Source: Bacillales bacterium UBA6877 (GTDB lineage: Bacteria; Bacillota_I; Bacilli_A; RFN20; CAG-826). Taken from it: DNA of 64,000 nucleotides. Where the stretch lies: the NCBI GenBank assembly GCA_002451465.1, contig DKCJ01000003.1, forward strand, positions 530 through 64,529, in the 5' to 3' direction. How positions within the stretch are numbered: the first letter of the stretch is position 1; each line of letters begins with the position of its first letter. The notes under the pieces are model-generated. The model saw only the letters and a list, made by a program, of their open reading frames with translations. It made no database searches and was not told where the DNA came from. Both the position numbers and the translations under genes were made by a program. Below are positions 19,867-29,784 of the stretch, in pieces.

Positions 19867-19875
19867 ATAATTGTT

Positions 19876-20202
19876 TTATTTTTTATCTTTTGTTTTTATT
19901 ATTTCATCTAAATTAAGTCTTTCTCGTTCTTCTTTTGTTAATATATGAACAACAATATCATTCAAATCAACAATAACCCATTTAGAATCTTTTCTTCCTT
20001 CAATATGATTAATCTTGATATTATTTTTGCTTGCCGCTTCTTCGACAGAATCTTGAATACCAAAAATATTCCTTTCATTTAAAGCTGTGCAGACAATTAT
20101 CGAATCGCATAATGGATTAACTCCTCTTACATCATAATACTTTATGTCTTCAGCTTTCCTATCTTCAATCGCTTTAATTAGAATTTTTTCAATTTTATTC
20201 AT
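19876..20202 (-). CDS. rsfS: Ribosomal silencing factor RsfS (Iojap).
   Basis: ILIKAIEDRKAEDIKYYDVRGVNPLCDSIIVCTA. The start is placed at the internal Met (MNKIEK) to remove overlap with the upstream gene. Confidence 0.8.
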   Translation of the reverse strand: MNKIEKILIKAIEDRKAEDIKYYDVRGVNPLCDSIIVCTALNERNIFGIQDSVEEAASKNNIKINHIEGRKDSKWVIVDLNDIVVHILTKEERERLNLDEIIKTKDKK

Positions 20203-20210
20203 ATACACAC

Positions 20211-21212
20211 CTATTTTTTTCTCAAATAATACATTAAACAACGATTAGTAAGATCGTTATTTGATGTTTCTCCACTATTTTTACATAAAAATTTAATATT
20301 TTCATTTAAAACTTTAACGAAACCGGCATTATAATCTTTCATACATGCATTTATTAAAGGTTCACTATCATAGCCGCGTGTTGGCTCAATTTTATCCGAT
20401 GAATAAATAACTTTTTGAATTGCGTTCATATTATCTATTCCTGTGCAATGCATCATTATTGCTCCTAAAATATCATCAGATACACATGGGAATAATTGCT
20501 TTGCTAAAAAAGCTCCGACAAATTGATGATAAGCATATTCCGGCATATAAACATATTTTCTAAAATATTTTTCCATATAATTCAAAGATTCGTCTTTATC
20601 AATATTTTTGCCAATATCATGTAGTAACCCGGCTATAAAGTAATTGTCAGGATTAGATAAAGAATTGGATTTGGCAATTTTATATGCGGTTCTAGCAACA
20701 CTAATCGAATGTATTAATCTATGACCGCTAATATACCTATTAATGATTTCCATAAAATATATATTTTTACTAATAATATAATCTATTACATCATCGTCAG
20801 TATCGAGATTTTTTAAAGTTCTTATATTATAAGAATCATCAAAATTAATATTATTTAAATCAAAAGTTATTTTATATTTAATTATTTTTTCCTCACTTAA
20901 TAAAACAGGTTCAGTTTCATTAACCAAAACATATACTTCCGAACTAGGCTGTTTTAAGCCACATAATAAAATTAATTTTGATAAATCAATTTTTTCTTTA
21001 TATTTATAACTTAAAAATAAATTAACATCATAATTTATTTCATACTTTTTCAAAGCAAGATTAATCATATAAATTCTATCATCTATCGAAGAATTCTTAG
21101 AGTAAATAGGAAATAGAACAAATTTTGTATTCTTATCATTAAAATTTAAGATATCATTTATATTTTTGTTAGAAATTGGATCGAATGAAGATATTACAAT
21201 AATATTACGCAT
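20211..21212 (-). CDS. Fusion of a degenerate NadD-like nucleotidyltransferase domain (HxGH motif lost) with a YqeK HD-domain phosphohydrolase.
   Basis: The N-terminus IIVISSFDPISNKN replaces GGTFDPxHxGH. The NadD C-terminal-like segment is YNIRTL...VIDYIISKNIYF. Then comes the HD domain (HSISVARTAYKIA, GLLHDIGK). It sits at the nadD-yqeK position of the yqeG-rsfS operon. Confidence 0.7.
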   Translation of the reverse strand: MRNIIVISSFDPISNKNINDILNFNDKNTKFVLFPIYSKNSSIDDRIYMINLALKKYEINYDVNLFLSYKYKEKIDLSKLILLCGLKQPSSEVYVLVNETEPVLLSEEKIIKYKITFDLNNINFDDSYNIRTLKNLDTDDDVIDYIISKNIYFMEIINRYISGHRLIHSISVARTAYKIAKSNSLSNPDNYFIAGLLHDIGKNIDKDESLNYMEKYFRKYVYMPEYAYHQFVGAFLAKQLFPCVSDDILGAIMMHCTGIDNMNAIQKVIYSSDKIEPTRGYDSEPLINACMKDYNAGFVKVLNENIKFLCKNSGETSNNDLTNRCLMYYLRKK

Positions 21213-21214
21213 AA

Positions 21215-21514
21215 TTAAAACACTATTTTATTAGTTAACTTTTTATTTTCTCTATAAAATAAAGCTGTACGGCCAATAATTTGCACAACATCGCAATTTA
21301 AAGAACTGGATATATCTAAAATTAAAGCTTCAATTTCATTATTAATTAAAGATGTCTTAAGAAAGGAAACCTTAATTAATTCATGTTTTGTAATGGCATT
21401 ATTTAGCATTCTCAATACGTTATTATCAAGTGTTTCTTTGCCGATTTGAAATTTTAAAATTTCATTTTTTTGTGCATATTTTCTTAAAAATATTTTTTGT
21501 TTTGAATTTAACAT
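21215..21514 (-). CDS. yhbY: RNA-binding protein YhbY/YqeI (CRS1 domain).
   Basis: 99 aa, LNSKQKIFLRKYAQ... Confidence 0.7.
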   Translation of the reverse strand: MLNSKQKIFLRKYAQKNEILKFQIGKETLDNNVLRMLNNAITKHELIKVSFLKTSLINNEIEALILDISSSLNCDVVQIIGRTALFYRENKKLTNKIVF

Positions 21515-21517
21515 AAT

Positions 21518-22648
21518 TTATTTAATTTTACTACGAGTTGTATAGACGTAGACTCCTTTAGGTACAAAAACACGGAAAGTTTGATTATTTGAAACAAATG
21601 TAAACCATCCTAACCCCGAAATTCCAATATCCATCTCACCATCTTCAGTGATTTTTAAGTCATAGATATCAAAATCAGCAATTGATCTAAATTTATCACA
21701 GCATGGCTTTAAATTTTGTTTAACTAAAACATTATTAAACTTATCAATTCCAAAAATCGTAGTTTTTAAATCGATACCTTTTGAACAATATACAGAGATT
21801 GTTGTAGAATTACCATCAATCAATTGAACAAACGCTAAACCACCTAATATTAATGATGTTTTTTTATTGAGTCTTATTCTCTTAGGAACAATAGTTTTGT
21901 TAGGAATTATTTTTCTGGCAATTGTAGGTCCAACCTTGCTGACAATAGAATTTTCATTTGGTAAACCAGGCATTTCAAAAATATAATGTTTATTACCTAA
22001 AGGTATTTTAAATCCTCGAATAGATGTTCCAGGATAAGTAAATGTTACGATATATTCGCTTGTTTTGTTCTCATATTTTTTTAAAATCAATTCAATAAGA
22101 GCTGTTTTTCCGCTTGTTGCAGAACCAAGAAAATAAACATCTTTGTTTCTTCCTAAAAGATGAATTTTTTCAATTAATTTATCGATATTATAGTCGCTAA
22201 TCGTTGAAGTTATAATTGCATCGCTAACATTTAAATTTGCAATTTTTAATCTATTTTTCATGTATTTTAATAGTTCTTCATCGCTAACGGTATCAGGAAG
22301 TAAATCTCTTTTATTTCCGATCGCTAAAACATCACAATTATTTAATATTTCCGTTACTTTATCAATAAATGAACCTTCAAACGAAAATAAATCAAGAACA
22401 TAAACAATTAAAGCTTTCTTATTTTTGATTTGTTCAAGAACCTTATAATAGTCATTACTGACGATTGCATCAGTATCATTTGATTGTTTTTCGCTTTTAT
22501 AACATTCATTACACACCAATAAACCATCTGGATATTTATCAATAATTTCTCCACTTATATATCCTGGTTCATTTGGATCTTTATCTTGCAAAATAGCTCC
22601 GCAATGATAACATCTCTTAACTTTGCTTATTTTAGACATAATTTTCAC
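21518..22648 (-). CDS. yqeH: Ribosome biogenesis GTPase YqeH (circularly permuted GTPase with an N-terminal zinc ribbon).
   Basis: CYHCGAIL...CNECYK zinc ribbon, then G4 NKRDL and G1 GSATSGKT. 376 aa. Confidence 0.8.
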   Translation of the reverse strand: MKIMSKISKVKRCYHCGAILQDKDPNEPGYISGEIIDKYPDGLLVCNECYKSEKQSNDTDAIVSNDYYKVLEQIKNKKALIVYVLDLFSFEGSFIDKVTEILNNCDVLAIGNKRDLLPDTVSDEELLKYMKNRLKIANLNVSDAIITSTISDYNIDKLIEKIHLLGRNKDVYFLGSATSGKTALIELILKKYENKTSEYIVTFTYPGTSIRGFKIPLGNKHYIFEMPGLPNENSIVSKVGPTIARKIIPNKTIVPKRIRLNKKTSLILGGLAFVQLIDGNSTTISVYCSKGIDLKTTIFGIDKFNNVLVKQNLKPCCDKFRSIADFDIYDLKITEDGEMDIGISGLGWFTFVSNNQTFRVFVPKGVYVYTTRSKIK

Positions 22649-23156
22649 CCCATTTTTTTGATAATTTATTTTTTATAATCTTTTTACGATAATGTTCATC
22701 AATTTTTCTATTTAAAATTGTAATAATTTGATCTTTTGTTGTTAATCTATTAGTAAGGATCGATTTAATACCCAAATTATTAGCACAAAATATATCAGTC
22801 ATAACCTGATCACCTATTATTATAGATGATTTTTTATCAATATTCTTTAAAATACAATATTTTTTAATCTTAAAAATAAAAGGTTTAAATGCTCTACTAA
22901 CATATTCACATTTTAATACACTACAATATTTTTTAACCCGTTTTTTACTATTATTACTAAATACAATAGGAGTTATATTGTTTTTCTTTAAATTATTTAT
23001 TAAATTGATTGTTTTAACTGATGGAATCGGGATTTTTGGTCCATCTAATGTATTATCTAGATCAATAAACATATATTTAATATTGTGTTTTATATAGAAC
23101 TCAATATTTATTTCAAATATAGAATCAGCCAAAAAAGTAGGAACATATTTTTTCAT
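22632..23156 (-). CDS. yqeG: HAD-family phosphatase YqeG.
   Basis: FIDLDNTL HAD motif I. The start is placed at the internal Met (MKKYVP), giving about 175 aa. The ORF-track start at 23315 adds an unlikely hydrophobic extension. Confidence 0.7.
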   Translation of the reverse strand: MKKYVPTFLADSIFEINIEFYIKHNIKYMFIDLDNTLDGPKIPIPSVKTINLINNLKKNNITPIVFSNNSKKRVKKYCSVLKCEYVSRAFKPFIFKIKKYCILKNIDKKSSIIIGDQVMTDIFCANNLGIKSILTNRLTTKDQIITILNRKIDEHYRKKIIKNKLSKKWGENYV

Positions 23157-23235
23157 ATGAAAATTATAAAATAATAAAATGATAAATAATAGAAAAATAA
23201 ATGGAAAAAAATTGTATTTATTATAATATTTTGAT

Positions 23236-23457
23236 ATGCATATAAGAAAAAATGAAATTTTAAGCAACTTATCAAGATTATTAACTACGATTGGACTTGG
23301 TTTAACTATTTTCAATTTAATTTCAGGAATACCTTTTCTTTTCGCAGGTTTTATATTGTCTCTTATCCACTATGGAAATAGACGTAATATCCTTTTCTCA
23401 ATTATTAGTATTTTTTTTAGTAGTTTTAATGTTAGTTTTTTCTATAATCTAAACTAA
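23236..23457 (+). CDS. Possible small 2-TM membrane protein (73 aa). It may be a spurious ORF in the yqeG promoter region.
   Basis: Hydrophobic ORF lying between yqeG and parC. Confidence 0.15.
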   Translation: MHIRKNEILSNLSRLLTTIGLGLTIFNLISGIPFLFAGFILSLIHYGNRRNILFSIISIFFSSFNVSFFYNLN

Positions 23458-26096
23458 TCGCCCATATCATCAAATATAGAAATTTGTTCATAATTATCAT
23501 CTTTATCATCAGCATTAGATGACTCTTCATTATTTTTATCAATTTCATCAGATTCTATAGGTTTTTTGGTTATATTTTTATCATCTTTATTATTATTTTC
23601 TTTTTTCTTAGAAACAAAACTAGAATCGATAACATCTATATTATTAATGTAAATTTTACTAATTTGTTTAGATGAATCAATTGAGTCCATATTCGCTTTA
23701 CAATATTTATCAAGCGGAGTTAAATGAAAATCATCAACTGTATATTTTACAACTGTTCCATCATTTAAAAGACAGTTTAAGATTATTGGCTGCTCTTTGT
23801 TCAAAATTTTTTGGGCATAAATCAAATTATGAGGGTCAGATTTGAAAGATTTAAACGCAACTTGTGTTCTGCCAAGTCTTTGTGTTAAATAAGCGCAACT
23901 ATTATCATAAATACGACACATACGATTATTTGTGACCAATAAAACTTTTGTTTTTTCAGCATCATCAAATGACAATATTGACTTAACATTTGAACTTTTT
24001 AATGTAGAAATCCCTTTTACACCACTTGTTTTTAGACCAGTATTTGTAATTTCGTTCTCATTAAAATATGTAATATTGCCTTTTTCTGTAATTATTAATA
24101 AATTAGAATTTCCATTTGAAACACAAACATCAGCCACTTCATCACCAGCCAACAAACGCATACATGTTATAGGTTTAGAAACTCTTGAACTATAGAACTC
24201 GTTTAATTCAGTCTTTTTAATTTGGCCGTTTTTAGAAACGAGACATATATTAGCATTTGCATTAATATCTTTTACGATTATGCATTTAATAATATATTCA
24301 TCAAATGGTAAATTTGTTAAATAATTAATGTGTTTCCCTTGATCCTTATATTTTCCTTCAATAATGTTATATACTTCGATAAATATATAATTACCTTTAT
24401 TCGTAAAAGCAATGATAAAATCGCTAGTATTGCACAATGCAGACATTACTAAAACATCATTTTCTTTCATTTTTGGTAAATCACCATTACTTGCATCATG
24501 AGACTTAACAGAGGATCTATTAATATAACCATCTTGTGTAATACTTACATAACAATCTTCTTTAATAATTAATGCTCTCTTATCAATAACAGTTTTAGAT
24601 TCATTATTTTCTTCAATCAACGTTCTTCTTGGATTACCGTATTTTTTACTTATTTCTTTAAGATCGTTGATTATTATTTTTTTAACTTTTGATGAAGAAC
24701 TTAAAGTTTCGTTATAATCATTAATTTGTGCTTCTAAATCTTTTTTCTCATTCAAATATGTTGTTACATCAGTGTTACTTAGTTTATATAACCTCATCAT
24801 AACAATAGCTTCAGCTTGAGGTTCAACAAAACCAAATTTTTTAATCAAATTATTCTTTGAATCTGCTTTATCTTTGCTAGTTCTAATCACTTTAACAACT
24901 TCATTCACAATCGAAATTGCCTTTATAAGACCATCTACTATCAACAATCTATCTTTTGCTTTTTGCAAATCAAATTTAGCTCTTCTAATTATTATAGAAT
25001 TTTGGAATTCTAAAAAATCATCCAAATATGTAAGTATTGGTAGAAATTTAGGAGTTTTTTGGTCGATTGCAACAATATTAGCACTATAGCTTATTTTTAA
25101 TTGAGTTTTACTTTTAAGATAATTTAAAACAATCTCTGGAGAGATTTCTTTCTTTAAATCAACAACAACCTTAATATCATCACCAGCTGTTTCATCTATT
25201 ACATCAATAATTCCATCAATCTCTCTGGACTTTCTAATTTTATCAATAGAATATACTAAATTAATTTTAACAACCCCATAAGGAATATCATGAATAATTA
25301 ATTTGTTAACATTTTTATCACTTGTATCAATTTCAACTTTACTTGTTAACTCAATTTTTCCTCTTCCTGTTGCATAAATATCCCTTAAACCAGATGATTT
25401 ATAAATTATTCCACCCGTAGGAAAATCTGGACCTTTAACGATATCTAATATTTCATCCAAACTACAATTAGGATGATTTATTCTATAAATAGCAGCATCA
25501 CACATCTCTACAAGATTATGTGGAGGAACTTCAGTTGCGATTGCAAAAGCAATACCACTTGCACCATTTACAAAAAGGTTTGGAAATCTTGTAGGTAAAA
25601 CGATTGGTTCAAATAATGTATCATCAAAATTTAGGGTCATATCGACTGTTTCTTTATCAATATCACCTAGCATTTCATCAACAGAAAATTCATTAAGTTT
25701 TGCTTCAGTATAACGATATGCTGCTGGTGGATCGTCATCAATGGAACCATTATTACCTTGAAATTGAACTAAAGGTTGACGCATCTTCCAATCTTGCGAC
25801 ATTCTAACAAGCGTTTCATATATTGATGTATCGCCATGAGGATGATAAAAACCCATAACATTACCAACAATACCAGCGCATTTTCTTGGCTGTTTATCGA
25901 ATGTATTACCATTTCTATACATAGAATATAAAATTCTACGTTGAACAGGTTTTAATCCATCTCTCAAATCAGGGATAGCTCTATCTTGAATAACTTCTTT
26001 TGCATACATTGCGCTACGTGAATCCATAATGGTATCCATTGGTTCAACGCTTATATTTTCAACATAAGAAGGTTGACTTTTATCTTTTTTAGCCAT
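23454..26096 (-). CDS. parC: DNA topoisomerase IV subunit A (type IIA topoisomerase A subunit) with an acidic C-terminal tail.
   Basis: Catalytic region AIPDLRDGLKPVQRRILYSM. 880 aa. plsY-parE-parC synteny favours topo IV over gyrase. Confidence 0.75.
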   Translation of the reverse strand: MAKKDKSQPSYVENISVEPMDTIMDSRSAMYAKEVIQDRAIPDLRDGLKPVQRRILYSMYRNGNTFDKQPRKCAGIVGNVMGFYHPHGDTSIYETLVRMSQDWKMRQPLVQFQGNNGSIDDDPPAAYRYTEAKLNEFSVDEMLGDIDKETVDMTLNFDDTLFEPIVLPTRFPNLFVNGASGIAFAIATEVPPHNLVEMCDAAIYRINHPNCSLDEILDIVKGPDFPTGGIIYKSSGLRDIYATGRGKIELTSKVEIDTSDKNVNKLIIHDIPYGVVKINLVYSIDKIRKSREIDGIIDVIDETAGDDIKVVVDLKKEISPEIVLNYLKSKTQLKISYSANIVAIDQKTPKFLPILTYLDDFLEFQNSIIIRRAKFDLQKAKDRLLIVDGLIKAISIVNEVVKVIRTSKDKADSKNNLIKKFGFVEPQAEAIVMMRLYKLSNTDVTTYLNEKKDLEAQINDYNETLSSSSKVKKIIINDLKEISKKYGNPRRTLIEENNESKTVIDKRALIIKEDCYVSITQDGYINRSSVKSHDASNGDLPKMKENDVLVMSALCNTSDFIIAFTNKGNYIFIEVYNIIEGKYKDQGKHINYLTNLPFDEYIIKCIIVKDINANANICLVSKNGQIKKTELNEFYSSRVSKPITCMRLLAGDEVADVCVSNGNSNLLIITEKGNITYFNENEITNTGLKTSGVKGISTLKSSNVKSILSFDDAEKTKVLLVTNNRMCRIYDNSCAYLTQRLGRTQVAFKSFKSDPHNLIYAQKILNKEQPIILNCLLNDGTVVKYTVDDFHLTPLDKYCKANMDSIDSSKQISKIYINNIDVIDSSFVSKKKENNNKDDKNITKKPIESDEIDKNNEESSNADDKDDNYEQISIFDDMGD

Positions 26097-28054
26097 TATT
26101 TTTTAACCTCCTTTATAAATGTATCGACTTCTTCGAAATTTATATGATCAATAATCCAATCTTTACGTAAATCTGGATTATTGCCCATCAATATATTAAC
26201 TTTTTTCTCGACTAAAAGCGGATCATCAATTGATATCCTCAAAAGTAATCTATGTTCAGGATTCATCGTTGTATAACTCAATTGTTCAGGATTCATTTCA
26301 CCAAGACCTTTATATCTTGAAATCTTATATCCAGGACCAACGAGTTTTTTTGCTTCATCCAAATCTTTATCATACCAAGCGAATTTTTCGATTTTTATAT
26401 TACCTTTTTGATCTTCCTTAAATACTCTATACAAAGGTGGTACAGCCACATAAACCATGCCACTAGTAATTAAACTTTTCATATATAAATAGAAAAAAGT
26501 TAATAATAAAGTTTGTATATGTGCACCATCAGTATCAGCATCAGTCATAATAATGACTTTGCCATAATGACTATCCTCAACATCAAATGATTGTCCAAAA
26601 CCTGCACCTATAGTATTAACAATAGTTGAAATTTCTTCATTTTTTAAAATTCTATCAGCAGTCAATCCATAAGTATTTAAAGGTTTTCCTCTTAAAGGTA
26701 AAATAGCTTGAAACTTAGGATTTCGTCCTTTTTTTGCGTTTCCGCCAGCTGAATTACCTTCAACAATAAATAGCTCATTTCTTTTATAATCTTTACTTGA
26801 ACATGGTGTTAATTTATCACTTACAAGTGTTGCTTCGCGTAATTTTTTTGAAGTTGATCTAGCCTCACTTTTTGCTTTCCTTGCAGCTAATCTTGCATTT
26901 TGTGATGCAAAACATTTATTAATAAAGTTTACAGCAAAATCTTTGTTTTCATTCAAATAATAAGTAAATTTAGTGTAAACAAGATTTGAAACAACGGTTT
27001 GAGCTAATTGTGTTCCAAGTTTTCCCTTAGTTTGGCCCTCGAAAACATTAATAGATTGTGGTATTCTCAAAGAAATAATTGCTGTTAATCCTTCACGAAT
27101 ATCGGTACCATCTAATTTTTCTTTGTTTTTGCTCAAATTATTGTTTTCAATATAATCATTGACAGCTTTCGTTAAACCCATTCTAAAGCCAACTTCATGA
27201 GTTCCACCATCTCTAGTTCGAACATTATTTACGTAGCTAAAAATAGATTCAGTATAATCATTTTTACAATATTGCATTGCAATTTCTACATGAATTTGAC
27301 TTATAGTATCCTCAAAATCAATGGTATCATCAAGCTTTTCTTTATTTTGATTAAGAACATCAATATATTCTCTTAATCCATTTTCATAATAAAATTCCTC
27401 AGTCTTTTTAACTCTTTCATCAGTTAAAATAAATTTAACCTTTTTAAGTAAAAAAGCTTCTTCTTGTAAATGGGATGCTATAGTGTCCCATTTAAATTCT
27501 GTAGTCGAAAATATTGTTGGATCTGGTTTAAAAGTAATAATCGTTCCATGTTTCAATGTTTTTCCTATTACTTCTAAAGGCGTTTCTAATGAACCACCAT
27601 TATGAAATCTAATGTGATATTGATAGCCATTATAAAAAACAACAACATCACAAAACGATGACAAAGCATTTGTAACAGAGCTACCAACACCATGCAAACC
27701 ACCACTAGATTTATACGCATTATCGCTAAATTTTCCACCACTATGCAAAGTTGTAAAAATTAATTGTACAGCAGGCATGCCGGTTTGCTCATTAATATCA
27801 CAAGGTATTCCTCTGCCTTCATCAGCAATAGATATACTTCCATCTTTATGAATTGTGACGCTTATTTTATCACCAAATCCATTTAAAGCTTCATCAACAG
27901 AATTATCAACTATCTCCCAAACCAAATGATGTAACCCAACACTATTTGTGCTACCAATGTACATACCTGGCCTTTTTCTTACACCTTCTAAACCGGTTAA
28001 AAGTTCTATACTATTTGCATTATAATCTTTATTCGAAGTCATTTTTTTCCTCAA
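26096..28054 (-). CDS. parE: DNA topoisomerase IV subunit B.
   Basis: GHKL ATPase (GLHHLVWEIVDNSVDE) and TOPRIM (EGNSAGG, PLRGK) motifs. 652 aa. It is translationally coupled to parC. Confidence 0.75.
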   Translation of the reverse strand: MRKKMTSNKDYNANSIELLTGLEGVRKRPGMYIGSTNSVGLHHLVWEIVDNSVDEALNGFGDKISVTIHKDGSISIADEGRGIPCDINEQTGMPAVQLIFTTLHSGGKFSDNAYKSSGGLHGVGSSVTNALSSFCDVVVFYNGYQYHIRFHNGGSLETPLEVIGKTLKHGTIITFKPDPTIFSTTEFKWDTIASHLQEEAFLLKKVKFILTDERVKKTEEFYYENGLREYIDVLNQNKEKLDDTIDFEDTISQIHVEIAMQYCKNDYTESIFSYVNNVRTRDGGTHEVGFRMGLTKAVNDYIENNNLSKNKEKLDGTDIREGLTAIISLRIPQSINVFEGQTKGKLGTQLAQTVVSNLVYTKFTYYLNENKDFAVNFINKCFASQNARLAARKAKSEARSTSKKLREATLVSDKLTPCSSKDYKRNELFIVEGNSAGGNAKKGRNPKFQAILPLRGKPLNTYGLTADRILKNEEISTIVNTIGAGFGQSFDVEDSHYGKVIIMTDADTDGAHIQTLLLTFFYLYMKSLITSGMVYVAVPPLYRVFKEDQKGNIKIEKFAWYDKDLDEAKKLVGPGYKISRYKGLGEMNPEQLSYTTMNPEHRLLLRISIDDPLLVEKKVNILMGNNPDLRKDWIIDHINFEEVDTFIKEVKK

Positions 28055-28126
28055 TCTCTAAAAATTATACAAGAAAGATTTATATATTTCTAGAATTAAA
28101 AAACTCTTTAATATAAAATATCTAAC

Positions 28127-28879
28127 ATGAATTATTTCTACTGTTTTTTGGTTATTTTATTAAGTTCATTATTTGGATACATGATAGGATCTATACCAAA
28201 TTCTGTTATTATTGGAAAAGTCTTTTTCAAAAGAGATCCAAGATTAGAAGGAAGTAAAAATGCTGGCGGAACAAATGCAGGAAGAATATTTGGAAAAAAA
28301 GTCGGCATAATCGTAATTACTTTAGATATTTTAAAAATTGTTATACCTTTTTTAATTACTTACTTTTTATTCACATATATTACTTTTTTCAAAGAAATAC
28401 TCTTTTATAGCAATGATATAAATGCCTTTGGTAGAGGACTTACAATATCACAACTTGCTTATTGGATTACGCCATTGTTTGGAATTATCGGTCATTGTTT
28501 TAGTCCATATATTAAATTTAATGGAGGAAAAGCTGTTAGCTCATTCATTGGATTAGGGATTAGTTGCACATGGATTGGCGCTATTTTATTCCCTTCAATA
28601 TTCTTTTTCGGAATAAAAATCACCAAAAAAGTAAGTTTATCTTCTATAATATCCACTGCATTATTTACTTTAATTTCTTGGATAATTTATTTTATTTATA
28701 TTATTTTTGGTGCAAAAATAGCTAATTATTTTATGTTTTTTGGCTATGGACCAGAAATTTGCATTTATTTTCCTCTTTTTACCACAATTAGTTTTATAAT
28801 CGTTGTTGTTAGACACAAATCAAATATTAAGAGATTAATAACAGGTGAAGAACCTGATGCATATTGGCTTAAAAAATAA
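28127..28879 (+). CDS. plsY: Glycerol-3-phosphate acyltransferase PlsY (with a C-terminal TM extension).
   Basis: GSKNAGGTNAGR motif. 250 aa. It is divergent from parE. Confidence 0.85.
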   Translation: MNYFYCFLVILLSSLFGYMIGSIPNSVIIGKVFFKRDPRLEGSKNAGGTNAGRIFGKKVGIIVITLDILKIVIPFLITYFLFTYITFFKEILFYSNDINAFGRGLTISQLAYWITPLFGIIGHCFSPYIKFNGGKAVSSFIGLGISCTWIGAILFPSIFFFGIKITKKVSLSSIISTALFTLISWIIYFIYIIFGAKIANYFMFFGYGPEICIYFPLFTTISFIIVVVRHKSNIKRLITGEEPDAYWLKK

Positions 28880-29504
28880 ATATTTTTAAATTTATTTAAT
28901 TAGTTAAGATATAAAATAACTAATAATCTAATTTAATATGTCTAAACACTTAAAATAAGAACCAAAACCAAACATGCCTTAAAAGTCACATATTAAAAAA
29001 ATTAACAATAAACGCAAAATGATACTAAGAATCAAAAAATTATTTGATAAAACAAAAACGACGCTAATCAAACATAGATTAACATTACCACTTTATTATT
29101 TAAACATGATAATATTATTTAAATTAAAAGAATATATTTACTAAGAGAAGATACATTTATAATACATTTCAAAAACTCTATTTTAAGAAGGAATTCTTAT
29201 TGCATACATTCTATAACACGAAATAATCTCTTAAAAAAGAGTTTTTAATTTTTAGTTAAAAAACGATTCAAAAATATTATCTACTAGTAGTTATTTAGTA
29301 TATTTATAGTAGTGTGTAATAATGAAAAAATAAATCCACAATTCAAAATTTATTCGATTATTATCGTATTTTTGATTGACATTTTTTTTGAAAATTTTTT
29401 TAACACAAATTCCATGAAGTTTTTTAGTTGATATAAAAACTACAAAAAAATAATCAACAAAAATTGATTTTGAAGTCGTATCTCCTTCCACCACTACACC
29501 TCTT

Positions 29505-29536
29505 TCACTAAATAAAAAACCACTCATAGAGTGGTT
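29505..29536 (-). terminator. Rho-independent terminator downstream of the yneF-efp operon.
   Basis: aaccactc / gagtggtt 8-bp stem with a 3-nt loop, followed on the minus strand by TTTTTTATTT. Confidence 0.6.
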
Positions 29537-29559
29537 CGTAAATATCGAAATTACAAATT

Positions 29560-29784
29560 TTATTTTTGGTTCTTCATGCTATTCATGACAGCTCTTATTT
29601 GAGCTTCACTTGGTTTTCTGCCCATTTGCATAAACATAGCACGAATCATCTTTTCATTTATTGGAGGATTCTTCTCCATTTGTTTCTTAAATAAATATCT
29701 CGTAACAAAATAGCCAATAACTAATCCAGCAATTAAAGCTAAAGATAAATAAAGAACTAATAAACCAATGGATAATTCAACCAT
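29560..29784 (-). CDS. UPF0154/YneF-family small membrane protein.
   Basis: N-terminal TM, then NPPINEKMIRAMFMQMGRKPSEAQI. 74 aa. Confidence 0.7.
   Translation of the reverse strand: MVELSIGLLVLYLSLALIAGLVIGYFVTRYLFKKQMEKNPPINEKMIRAMFMQMGRKPSEAQIRAVMNSMKNQK

Noticed and set aside
29019-29144. 41-codon basic peptide ORF (MILRIKKLFDK...) on the plus strand of the long spacer.
   Set aside because: No Shine-Dalgarno sequence or promoter. This is a random ORF length expected in AT-rich sequence.
28880-29504. tmRNA, RNase P RNA, SRP RNA or tRNA in the long spacer.
   Set aside because: No G-rich or GC-rich conserved cores were found, for example GGUUCGA or AGGAAAGUCC-like motifs. The region is almost uniformly A/T.
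29291-29527. 78-aa minus-strand ORF in the plsY-yneF spacer.
   Set aside because: Its ATG lies inside the stem of the yneF terminator hairpin. It has no RBS and its sequence is low complexity. It is more likely non-coding.
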